A DNA stretch of 64,000 nucleotides from Acidimicrobiia bacterium (lineage in GTDB: Bacteria > Actinomycetota > Acidimicrobiia > Spongiisociales > UBA11373), in the NCBI GenBank assembly GCA_030584185.1, contig CP129495.1, forward strand, positions 1,079,628-1,143,627. The letters run 5' to 3'. A program made the translations under genes and the position numbers. Below the pieces are notes generated by a model that was not told where the DNA came from, searched no databases, and saw only the letters and a list, made by a program, of their open reading frames with translations. This document shows positions 19,357-27,802 of the stretch, one piece after another. How positions within the stretch are numbered: the stretch's first letter is position 1; each line of letters opens with the position of its first letter.

Positions 19357-19674
19357 TCAATAGCAGTAAGAGAAGGTAAGCCCATAGTTCATGTACCCGT
19401 TGGTTTCCGCCTTCCATGATGTGCTCTGCAGACCGCTCAACGAGTAGCGTGCCTGGAGGAACACGCCATTGTTGTAGGTCCCGATCAGGTGACCGAGCGG
19501 GGCGTAGTGCCTCGTGGGGCCCGTCGTCTCCGACGTGACCCCCACATACCACGAGGCGGGGCAGCTTCTGGTTCCCTGCTTCGAGCCAGTGGCCATGGCT
19601 GGCACGGCCGAGAGAAACGCCAACAGGACGACACCCACCGTCAGTCTTGAACCAAGTCGAGATCTCGAATGCAT
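19357..19674 (-). CDS. small secreted protein, 2 Cys (putative disulfide), unknown function
   Basis: GGGAGG RBS 7 nt upstream; Sec signal MHSRSRLGSRLTVGVVLLAFLSAVPAMA; ~76-aa mature Tyr/Asn/Gly-rich beta-type composition, Cys near both ends (SCPASW ... FSYCY-stop); region GC ~55% vs ~70% genome. Confidence 0.5.
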   Translation of the reverse strand: MHSRSRLGSRLTVGVVLLAFLSAVPAMATGSKQGTRSCPASWYVGVTSETTGPTRHYAPLGHLIGTYNNGVFLQARYSLSGLQSTSWKAETNGYMNYGLTFSYCY

Positions 19675-19979
19675 CGATCAACCTCCCATTCTCGTCAAGC
19701 CATTCCCTGCTCAAGCTACGCCAAGATCGCGAGCGATCGCAATGACAATCGGTGGCGGCCGGACCGACGCCCATCGGCAGTAGCGCCGTCACCGGGTTCT
19801 TGAGAAACGGCAGCCGGGGAGTGTGTGCCACTGACGGACCGACCCGCATGGTCCGAGCACTTCGCGCTGGCTGTTGGCGAGCACTCGCGTGGGACATGGA
19901 GTGCAGTAGACGCACCTGGTCTTGGCGTCTTCCCCAAACCGCCGCGGCGCGTCTTGGCCAGAGCGGGTCGGAGGCATGG

Positions 19980-21245
19980 ATGACCGGCCGCAGCGCCTCT
20001 AGCCTCGCGGGCGTGACCCGGCGACTGACCGTCCTCCTCGGCATGATCCTGGCTCTCGCCGCCTGCGGCGACGACGGCGCCGACACCACGACCTCGGCTC
20101 CGACGACCACCGAGCCGCCGGCGACCACCACCACTCTTGGAGGAACCACCACCCCGGCGCCGGACACGACTGCCACGCTTCCCACGACGCCCACGACCGT
20201 GCCTCCCCCGCCGCCTCTCGGCGAGGTGGGGATCGCCCTGGTGCCCGTCGCCGCCGGCCTCTCCAACCCGGTGCTCGTCACCGCCCGTACCGGCGACGAC
20301 CGGCTGTTCGTCGTCGAGCAGCCGGGGGTGGTGCTCGCCCTCACCCCAGGAGGCGACCGCGAGACGATCCTCGACCTCCGTTCCCGGGTGGAGTACGGAG
20401 GTGAGCAGGGCCTGCTCGGACTCGCCTTTCACCCCACCGACCCGGACCGCACCTTCCTCCACTACAGCGCCGCCGGAAGCGGCGACACGGTCCTAGAGGA
20501 GTTCGACCTCACCACCGGCGAGTCGGTGGGAGTGGTCCTCACCGTCGCCCAGCCGGCCGGAAACCACAACGGGGGGATGATCGCCTTCGGCCCCGACGGG
20601 ATGCTCTACGTCGGGCTCGGTGACGGGGGCGGCGCCAACGACCAATACCGCCACGGCCAGAACCGTGACAGCCTGCTCGGGGCGATCCTGCGCATCGACG
20701 TCGACTCGGCCTTCCCCTACGCCATCCCCGCCGACAACCCCTTCGCCACCGACGGTGGCGCCCCCGAGGTGTGGGCTTACGGCCTGCGCAACCCGTGGCG
20801 GTTCTCCTTCGACGGCGACGACCTGTGGATCGGTGACGTCGGCCAGGGCGAGTGGGAGGAGGTCTCGATGGTCTCCATCGACCAAGGCGGCCACAACCTG
20901 GGCTGGTCCGTCTACGAGGGGACTCACTGCTTCGGAGCGGCTGCCCTCTGTGTCCCCGACGGGTTCACCATGCCGGTGTTCGAGTACTCCCACGATGGCG
21001 GCCGCTGCTCGATCACCGGCGGGTACGTGTACCGGGGCTCCGCCGTCCCGGGCCTCGCCGGGGCCTACCTCTTCGGGGACTGGTGCACCGGTGAGGTCAT
21101 GGGCCTTCGGATAGGAGATGACGGCACCGTCGAACGTCGCGCCTTTTCGGTGGACGCCCCTCGGATCACCTCCTTCGGGGTCGGTCCCGACGGTGAGGTA
21201 TACCTGACTGCAGGCGACTCGGTGTTCCTGATCGTCGCAGGCTGA
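19980..21245 (+). CDS. PQQ-dependent sugar dehydrogenase (soluble glucose/sorbosone dehydrogenase family) lipoprotein
   Basis: lipobox LALAAC, Thr/Pro-rich linker, beta-propeller GSDH motifs (HNGGMIAFGPDGMLYVGLGDGG, YGLRNPWRFSFD). Confidence 0.8.
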   Translation: MTGRSASSLAGVTRRLTVLLGMILALAACGDDGADTTTSAPTTTEPPATTTTLGGTTTPAPDTTATLPTTPTTVPPPPPLGEVGIALVPVAAGLSNPVLVTARTGDDRLFVVEQPGVVLALTPGGDRETILDLRSRVEYGGEQGLLGLAFHPTDPDRTFLHYSAAGSGDTVLEEFDLTTGESVGVVLTVAQPAGNHNGGMIAFGPDGMLYVGLGDGGGANDQYRHGQNRDSLLGAILRIDVDSAFPYAIPADNPFATDGGAPEVWAYGLRNPWRFSFDGDDLWIGDVGQGEWEEVSMVSIDQGGHNLGWSVYEGTHCFGAAALCVPDGFTMPVFEYSHDGGRCSITGGYVYRGSAVPGLAGAYLFGDWCTGEVMGLRIGDDGTVERRAFSVDAPRITSFGVGPDGEVYLTAGDSVFLIVAG

Positions 21246-21432
21246 ACCGGCCCGCCCGCCGTGGTGACCGTGGTCGCTCGGTGACCCTTGTCGAGTGTTG
21301 GGGGTGGCCTGGCCCCCACTCCGAACCGCACTTGCTGGCTGTCGGCGGCTCGTGACCGTCGATCTGAAGGCGTGTGATGGTGAACGGGCATCCCCCCTTG
21401 CACTTTGTCATACGATCCGTATATTGCTCCGT

Positions 21433-21684
21433 ATGACAACCCCGGTGCCTACCCGGTTCACCGAGGCGGAACTCGCCCTCATCGACGAGCTCGTGACCAA
21501 GGGCATAGGAGACAGTCGATCGGCCGTGATCCGCCGAGGCGTTCACCACCTCGCCGACGCCGTTCACCGAGCCCAGATCGGTGCCGCCATCGCAGCGTCG
21601 TATCGGGAACGGCCCCAGGGCCCCGAGGACGACGCCCTTGCCATGTCCAACGCCATCGCGATGACCGAGGCGGAACCGTGGTAG
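21433..21684 (+). CDS. type II antitoxin, ribbon-helix-helix (CopG/MazE-like)
   Basis: 83 aa; MTTPVPTRFTEAELALIDELVTKGIGDSRSAVIRRGVHHL RHH fold signature; immediately upstream of MazF-like toxin. Confidence 0.65.
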   Translation: MTTPVPTRFTEAELALIDELVTKGIGDSRSAVIRRGVHHLADAVHRAQIGAAIAASYRERPQGPEDDALAMSNAIAMTEAEPW

Positions 21685-21989
21685 CCCAGACCGAGATCTG
21701 GTTGATGGAGACGCCCAACCAGAAGCGCCGACCGGTGCTCGTCATCTCGCGCGACGAGGTCATCCCGGTCCTTGCCAACATCATCGTGGCCCCCATCACG
21801 AGCACGATCCGCAACATCCCCACCTGTATCCCGGTCGGACCCGATGAAGGCATCGACCACGACAGCGTGGCCACATTCGACAACCTCGCCGCCGTGCCCA
21901 AATCGGTGCTCACCAGACGCCTCGGCAAGCTCGGCGCCGACGGACGCCGGCTCATCTGCGAGGCCCTCGCCGCAGCTGCCAACTGTTGA
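21678..21989 (+). CDS. type II toxin, MazF/PemK-family endoribonuclease
   Basis: GTG start overlapping antitoxin stop by 7 nt; VVAQTEIWLMETPNQKRRPVLVISRDEV ... IVAPITS matches MazF/PemK core (GEIWxVDL...RPVLVxS...VAPxTS). Confidence 0.75.
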   Translation: MVAQTEIWLMETPNQKRRPVLVISRDEVIPVLANIIVAPITSTIRNIPTCIPVGPDEGIDHDSVATFDNLAAVPKSVLTRRLGKLGADGRRLICEALAAAANC

Positions 21990-22268
21990 CCGATCTCGTC
22001 GATCCCCTCCACAGCGGGGACGCATCCGGAGAGACAAGTGCCATTTCGGCGCGCCCCGGCATGCGGACGGTCGGCGCCCCTTCGAGACCCCTGACTGTGA
22101 GGATGACACTCGTAGCTCGGTGCGTGTGCTGGGCTGCTGTTGGTGGCGGCGATACACCCGCCCACCCCCCTTCCCACCGCGTCTGCCTCCCGGGCACGCC
22201 CAGGGAGTCGCTGATACTCTTACGGTGTCCGCCTGCGGGGCAGGGCGGCGTGGTCTGCGGAGGGACTG

Positions 22269-24626
22269 ATGGCACGCCTGCCGCGCGCACCGACGCTCTT
22301 GGTGGTGGTGCTCCTCCTCGCCTCCGTCGTTCCCACAGCCCTCGCCGAGGTGGGCTGGAGCCGTGCCGCCCGGTTCGGTGGCGACAACCAGACGGTGGCC
22401 TGGGCCTCGGCGATGGACCGGATGGGCAACGTCTACGCAACCGGCGTCCTCAACGGGACCGCCGACTTCGACCCTGGCGGCGGCACCTTCAACCTGACCA
22501 GCGCCGGCGCCCAGGATGTGTTCGTCGCCAAGCTCACCCCCGATGGTGATCTGCTCTGGGCGCACGCCATCGGCGGAACCAGCTCCGACGAGGGGATGGG
22601 TATCGCCACCGACCCGGCGGGGAACGTGTACGTCACCGGATACTTCATGGGCACCGTCGACTTCGACCCCGGCCCGGGCACGTCGAACCTCACCTCGGCA
22701 GGCGACCAGGACATGTTCGTCCTCAAGCTGTCCACCGACGGCGACCTGCTCTGGGCAAAGCGGATAGGCGGAGCGGGCGCCGACACCGGCTCCGCGATCG
22801 CGGTCGATCGCGGCGGCAACGTCCTCACCACGGGCTACTACACGGGCACCGTCGACTTCGACCCGGGCGCCGGTGAGGCCAACCTCCCCGGCGTGGGCGA
22901 CACCGACGCCTTCGTGTCCAAGCTCGATGCCGACGGGACCCACGTCTGGGCTCGACTCCTCGGCGGCACCGGGCCGGACGAGGGCATGGCGGTCGCCACC
23001 GACGCCGCAGGCAGCGTCTACTCGGCGGGCCGTTTCAGCGGCACCGTCGATTTCGACCCGAGCGGTGCAGTGAGCAATCGCACCTCGAACGGAGGGATCG
23101 ACGGCTACGCCTGGAGGCTCGACCCGGACGGGTACCTTGAGTGGGCCGCCCCGCTCGGCGGCGCCGGAGACGACACGGCGACGGCGATCTCGGTCGACCG
23201 TTACGACTTCGCCGTCATCGGCGGGAGCTTCGCGGGTACGGCCGACCTCGATCCTCATCCCACCGAGACCTTGAACCTGGTCTCCGCCGGCGGCCTCGAC
23301 GCCTTCCTCGTTCGGCTCGATCAGAACGGCGAGCTCTCCTGGGCCAAGCGCGCCGGTGGCGTCAACGACGACGAGGTCACCGGTGTTCACCTGGGCGGCG
23401 CCATCGAATCGGCGACCGCAACCGGCACCTTCTCGGGAACGGTCGACTTCGACCCCGGCCCCGACACCGCCTCGTCGGCCTCGGCCAATCCCGCCGGGTT
23501 CGTGTGGAAGCTGAGCGCTCTGGGCGACTACGAGGACCACGGGGCGATGTCGGGCACCGGAACCGTCCGATCCGAGGGCCTCGGCTGGGACGGCTCCGGC
23601 GGCTTCGCCGCCTCCGGCCGGCTCTTGGGGACCGCCGACTTCGACCCGGGACCGGGCGTGGCCGAACTCACGGCGAGCGGACCGCTCGATGCCTATGTCA
23701 CCACGATCGGAAAGCCGACACTGCTGACCCACATGGGCAGCAACCGCTACCACACAGCCTCCCTGGTGGGCTCCTGGGCATTCCCACGCGGCCCCAAGAC
23801 GGCTTTCGTCGCCGTCGGCACCAACTTCCCCGATGCCCTCGCCGGAGCGGCGGTGGCCGGCCTCTTGGATGCCCCCCTCTTCCTGGTCCGTTCCGACTCT
23901 ATCCCGTCGGAGACCCTCACCGGGATCACCAACATGGACCCGGACTCGATCGTCGTGCTCGGAGGGACCACCGCAGTCTCCCAGGTCGTGTTCGACCAAC
24001 TCACCGCCATCCAGACCAACACCGTGCGCGTCTTCGGGAGCAACCGCTACGCCACCGCGGTGGCGATCTCCCAGCTCGGGTTCCCGGCGACCGCCAGGAC
24101 CGTGGTGATCGCCACCGGGCTCAACTTTCCCGACGCCCTCGCCGCCGCGCCCGCTGCCGTCGTATACGGCGGTCCGGTGCTGCTCACCGATCCGAACACC
24201 GTCCCGCAGGTGGTGAGGGACGAGATCACCCGCCTGGCACCGGAACGGATTGTGGTCGTCGGCGGAACGGCGGTGATCTCCGACGATGTCGTGAACGCCT
24301 TGAAGGAGATACAGCCCAACACGGTCCGCATCGCCGGCGCCAACCGCTACGACACCGCCATCGGCCTCGCCCAGGACGCCTTCCCCGACGGTGCCAGCCG
24401 GGTGACGGTCGCCACCGGCCTCGCCTTCCCCGACGCCCTGGCGGGGGCGGCGGCGGCGGGGGCCTGGCGGGGGCCGATCCTCCTCGTCCCCGGGACCAGC
24501 CTCCCCGCTGCGGTGTCGACCGAACTCCTCCGTCTCGACCCGTTCCACGTCGACCTGCTCGGAGGGGACGCCGCGATATCGCCTCTGGTCCGCTACCAGA
24601 TCGGTGCCCTGCTGTTCGGCTGGTGA
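22269..24626 (+). CDS. secreted surface protein: SBBP beta-propeller repeats plus three cell-wall-binding repeat-2 (CWB2) domains
   Basis: Sec signal MARLPRAPTLLVVVLLLASVVPTALA; ~8 repeats of G-TVDFDPG-x-NLTSAG-DAFV-KL-DG-LWA (SBBP); C-terminal three repeats of GSNRY-TA-AIS...FP....V..ATG.NFPDALA (CW_binding_2). Confidence 0.75.
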   Translation: MARLPRAPTLLVVVLLLASVVPTALAEVGWSRAARFGGDNQTVAWASAMDRMGNVYATGVLNGTADFDPGGGTFNLTSAGAQDVFVAKLTPDGDLLWAHAIGGTSSDEGMGIATDPAGNVYVTGYFMGTVDFDPGPGTSNLTSAGDQDMFVLKLSTDGDLLWAKRIGGAGADTGSAIAVDRGGNVLTTGYYTGTVDFDPGAGEANLPGVGDTDAFVSKLDADGTHVWARLLGGTGPDEGMAVATDAAGSVYSAGRFSGTVDFDPSGAVSNRTSNGGIDGYAWRLDPDGYLEWAAPLGGAGDDTATAISVDRYDFAVIGGSFAGTADLDPHPTETLNLVSAGGLDAFLVRLDQNGELSWAKRAGGVNDDEVTGVHLGGAIESATATGTFSGTVDFDPGPDTASSASANPAGFVWKLSALGDYEDHGAMSGTGTVRSEGLGWDGSGGFAASGRLLGTADFDPGPGVAELTASGPLDAYVTTIGKPTLLTHMGSNRYHTASLVGSWAFPRGPKTAFVAVGTNFPDALAGAAVAGLLDAPLFLVRSDSIPSETLTGITNMDPDSIVVLGGTTAVSQVVFDQLTAIQTNTVRVFGSNRYATAVAISQLGFPATARTVVIATGLNFPDALAAAPAAVVYGGPVLLTDPNTVPQVVRDEITRLAPERIVVVGGTAVISDDVVNALKEIQPNTVRIAGANRYDTAIGLAQDAFPDGASRVTVATGLAFPDALAGAAAAGAWRGPILLVPGTSLPAAVSTELLRLDPFHVDLLGGDAAISPLVRYQIGALLFGW

Positions 24627-24627
24627 C

Positions 24628-25773
24628 TCAGAGCGCCCGGCACCAGGCGTCGTAGTCGACGAGCGGCGGCGGGCGGGCCTCGTCCCCGCAGGCGGGGCAG
24701 TCCCGAAGCCGCTCGAACCGCAGCGTGGTCGACTCGCCGGAGAGGGCGTCGTGGATGAGCAGCCTTCCCACCAGGGCGTCGCCGGCACCGACCAGGATCT
24801 TGATGGCCTCCACCACCTGCAGCGAGCCGATCGCCCCGGTGAGCGCCCCCAGCACCCCGCCCTCGGCGCAGTCGGCCACAGTCCCCGGATCGGGTGGCAG
24901 CGGATACAGGCAGCGGTAGCACGGCCCCCGATAGGGGTCGAAGACGGTCACCTGGCCCTCCCACCGGTACACCGAGGCGTGCACCACCGGCACCCGCAGG
25001 TGCAAGGAGGCATCGTTCACCAGGTAACGGGTCGGGAAGTTGTCGGTCCCATCGATCACCACGTCGTAGTCCGACATCACATCCAGGGCATTGCCCGCCA
25101 TGAGGGGTTCCTCCCTCGGGAGCACCTCCACGCCGGGATTGAGGCGGCACAGCGCCGCCGCCGCCGAGGCCACCTTGGGCTGTCCGATGCGGTCGGTGTC
25201 GTGGATCACCTGTCGCTGCAGGTTGGAAAGCTCCACCCGGTCGGAGTCGACGATCCCGACCGTGCCCACGCCGGCGGCCGCCAGGTACAGGGCGGCCGGT
25301 GACCCGAGCCCACCGGCCCCGATCACCAGGACCCGGGCGGCGGCTAGTCGCTCCTGGCCCGCCCCCCCGATCCCGGGCAAAGCGACGTTGCGGGCGTAGC
25401 GGGCCGGCCCGGTCCCTTCGGGAAGCATCACCTCCCTTCCCTCGATCCTCCACAGGACGATCCCCCCACTCATGGAGGCGACCCTCCCGTACCCCATCTC
25501 CCGCAGTTCGAGCCCGGCGAGCAGCGACCGCCTGCCGGTGGCACAGAACAAGACGATCTCCGCATCCCGATCGGGCGCGGCATCCGCCACCTCGTCGGCG
25601 AGCCGCTCCCACGGGACCGCCAGCGACCCGGGGATGGTCCCGGCGACGATCTCGTGGTCGTGCCGGACGTCGATCAGCACCAATCCCCCTCCGAGACGCT
25701 CCTCCACGTCACCCGGGGTGACCTCGGGGACGCGGAGCCGCGCCTCCTCCATGCGATCGACGAAGGCGGTCAC
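24628..25773 (-). CDS. sulfur-carrier-protein adenylyltransferase/sulfurtransferase (MoeZ/MoeB-like) with N-terminal rhodanese domain
   Basis: GTG start with GGAGG 8 nt upstream; rhodanese active site LFCATGRRS at N-term, then ThiF/MoeB E1 fold (VLVIGAGGLGSPAALYLAAAGVGTVGIVD, ELSNLQRQ) and Zn motifs CYRC...CPAC; ORF-track N-terminal 190 aa rejected. Confidence 0.8.
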   Translation of the reverse strand: MTAFVDRMEEARLRVPEVTPGDVEERLGGGLVLIDVRHDHEIVAGTIPGSLAVPWERLADEVADAAPDRDAEIVLFCATGRRSLLAGLELREMGYGRVASMSGGIVLWRIEGREVMLPEGTGPARYARNVALPGIGGAGQERLAAARVLVIGAGGLGSPAALYLAAAGVGTVGIVDSDRVELSNLQRQVIHDTDRIGQPKVASAAAALCRLNPGVEVLPREEPLMAGNALDVMSDYDVVIDGTDNFPTRYLVNDASLHLRVPVVHASVYRWEGQVTVFDPYRGPCYRCLYPLPPDPGTVADCAEGGVLGALTGAIGSLQVVEAIKILVGAGDALVGRLLIHDALSGESTTLRFERLRDCPACGDEARPPPLVDYDAWCRAL

Positions 25774-26168
25774 TCCCCTGCCTCCAGGGGTTCCTCGACC
25801 GGCACTCCTTCGACGATCCTCCACGCCCGCATCTCCGGATGGCGGCCTTCGAGGCCGACGATGACATCGATCCATTCGCCTCCGGGAGCACCTGCCATGT
25901 CCGTCGCCGAAGGCAACGCCGGGCCGGCGGGATGCGAGTGGAAGGCGCCCCGGATCGTCCAGCCGTTGGCGTCCGCCATGCGCACCACGCGATGGTGCTC
26001 TGCCGGGTCGATGGTGAACTCGACGGTGGACTGATCGGCGTTGGGCACGCAGTACGCCTTGCGCAGCACACCCTCGGTGTCGAACGCCAGCAGGCCACAG
26101 GCTTCCATCGGCCGCGCCGCCAAGGCTCGCTCCAAGACTTCGACACGGACTAGATCGGTGATGATCAC
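25770..26168 (-). CDS. JAB/MPN-domain metalloprotease (Mec/CysO-hydrolase-like)
   Basis: 132 aa; JAMM motif E..x.. HSHPAGPALPSATD; GTGA overlap with downstream moeZ-like gene. Confidence 0.8.
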   Translation of the reverse strand: MIITDLVRVEVLERALAARPMEACGLLAFDTEGVLRKAYCVPNADQSTVEFTIDPAEHHRVVRMADANGWTIRGAFHSHPAGPALPSATDMAGAPGGEWIDVIVGLEGRHPEMRAWRIVEGVPVEEPLEAGE

Positions 26169-26211
26169 GGCGTGACGCTACCGCGGCCACGCCCACAGGT
26201 GGCCGGGCGCA

Positions 26212-26475
26212 GTGACCGGCCACCTGGCTACTCTTTGCCCCGTGAACGAGCAGATGACCCGAATGTTCGAGGCGGCCTCGCGGCGCACCGTGGCCGTGCG
26301 CACCGCCGAGGGCAAGCCCCTCGCCCGCCTCAAGCTCCTCCATGCCGCGGCGGTCGCCGCCGCCGGGATCGTGATGGCACCCCGCCTCACGGCGACGGCG
26401 GTACTGGGAGCAATGTTCAAGGGGCTGCGGCTCGAGGTCGAGGAGCAGGTGGACCAGCAGCCCGCTGCCGCCTGA
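26212..26475 (+). CDS. small hypothetical protein (possible membrane-associated)
   Basis: 87-aa ORF exactly filling gap between mec start and MFS stop; Ala-rich hydrophobic stretch LLHAAAVAAAGIVMAPRLTATAVLGAMF; start uncertain (ATG 26254 alternative). Confidence 0.3.
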   Translation: MTGHLATLCPVNEQMTRMFEAASRRTVAVRTAEGKPLARLKLLHAAAVAAAGIVMAPRLTATAVLGAMFKGLRLEVEEQVDQQPAAA

Positions 26476-26478
26476 TCA

Positions 26479-27786
26479 TCACGGACGGGGCGGCCCGTCC
26501 CTCTCCACCAGCAGTCCGGCGACGAACACGGTCTGGGCCGCCAGGGCGGCGGCGCCCGCCACCGCCAAGCCGACCCGGGCATCGATGGTCAGCGTCACCG
26601 GGATGATGGCACCCACCACCCAGGCGAGCTGGAACAGTGTCTCCGAGCGGGTGAACGCCGCTCCCCGGCCATCGGGTGCCACCCGACTCTGCAGCAGCCC
26701 GTCGAAGGCGAACTTGGCCGTGCCCCAGGCGAGACCGGCAGCCGCCGCCAGCGCCGCCGCCGCCGCCAGGCTGAAGAACTGACCGGCCACGAATGCGGCG
26801 GCGGCCTCGATCGCCAGGGCGGCCACCACCATCGGCTCCTCTCGCAGCAGCCTCTCCAACGCCGGGCTGATCAGGGAGGCCAGGCCGTACCCGAGCCCGG
26901 CGGCACCGATGAGGGCGGCGAAATCCACCCCGCCCGCCTCCTGGCCCCGGAACTCGAAAGCCAGCAGCAGGAGGAGGAAGCCGTTGATGAGCCGCACCCC
27001 GGCGGTGGCGAGACGGGAGAGCCGCAGCGAACGGGTCGCCCCCGAGGTCATCGGTTGCATCACGTCGTCGGGAGCGAGAAAGGTCCGGTCGCGACGCGCC
27101 GCATCACGCGGATCGGGGAGACCCAGGCTGGTGAAAGCGGAGAACCCGAAGAACACCGCCGCCAGCGCCAGCGCCAGAGACGGCTCGATCGAGACCAGTG
27201 CCGCCCCGATCGGCAGCACCACGGCACCGGCGTAGATCCCGATGCGGGCCAGAAAGGCGTTGGCGCCCACGAGGGCGACCGGCTGCGGCAGCGCCACCGG
27301 AAGCATGCTGGAGCGGGCGATCCCGTAGAGGCGTGACAGCACCAGCATCCCGAAGGCGAGCGGGTACAGCCAGAGGGTGGTGAGGCCCATCATCATCACC
27401 ACGGCCAGGATGGTTCTCAGGCTGGATGCGATGGTCAGAGCCGCCCGGTAGACGCCGCCGAGACGGGAGAACAGCCCACCCATGATCGGGGCGATCACCG
27501 TGAACGGCACCAGCGTGAGGCCCAGGTAGAGGGCCACGTTTCCCCGCGCCTCGCTGGTGGGAACGCTGAAGAACAGGGTTCCGGCGAGGGCCACCGCCAC
27601 CAGGGTGTCGCCGGCGACGTTGGCCGCCCACGACACGGCCAGCTGCTTGAAGGCGGGCCCGTGGCGGCTGAACATGGCGTCCACCCGCTTGGCGGCGGCA
27701 CGCGCCGTCCTCCTCGTCATGCCGGCAGACGGCCGGTCGTTCATGCCGGGACGACCGCGAGATGTCATGGAGACGAACTTAGCCAA
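26479..27786 (-). CDS. MFS-family transporter
   Basis: 435 aa, ~12 predicted TM helices, MFS-like loop motifs; start among several in-frame Met (MTSRGRPGMNDRPSAGMTRR). Confidence 0.75.
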   Translation of the reverse strand: MAKFVSMTSRGRPGMNDRPSAGMTRRTARAAAKRVDAMFSRHGPAFKQLAVSWAANVAGDTLVAVALAGTLFFSVPTSEARGNVALYLGLTLVPFTVIAPIMGGLFSRLGGVYRAALTIASSLRTILAVVMMMGLTTLWLYPLAFGMLVLSRLYGIARSSMLPVALPQPVALVGANAFLARIGIYAGAVVLPIGAALVSIEPSLALALAAVFFGFSAFTSLGLPDPRDAARRDRTFLAPDDVMQPMTSGATRSLRLSRLATAGVRLINGFLLLLLAFEFRGQEAGGVDFAALIGAAGLGYGLASLISPALERLLREEPMVVAALAIEAAAAFVAGQFFSLAAAAALAAAAGLAWGTAKFAFDGLLQSRVAPDGRGAAFTRSETLFQLAWVVGAIIPVTLTIDARVGLAVAGAAALAAQTVFVAGLLVERDGPPRP

Positions 27787-27802
27787 CCAGGGCGACGACG
27801 CC

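Noticed and set aside
21564-24788. 1074-aa minus-strand ORF
   Set aside because: Antisense to the SBBP/CWB2 gene; Arg/Gly/Pro-rich composition typical of a stop-free reverse frame in 70% GC DNA; no domains.
25774-26343. N-terminal 190-aa extension of the MoeZ-like ORF
   Set aside because: An independent JAB/MPN gene (25770-26168) with a JAMM motif occupies this DNA in another frame. The E1 gene has a GTG start with a GGAGG RBS at 25773.
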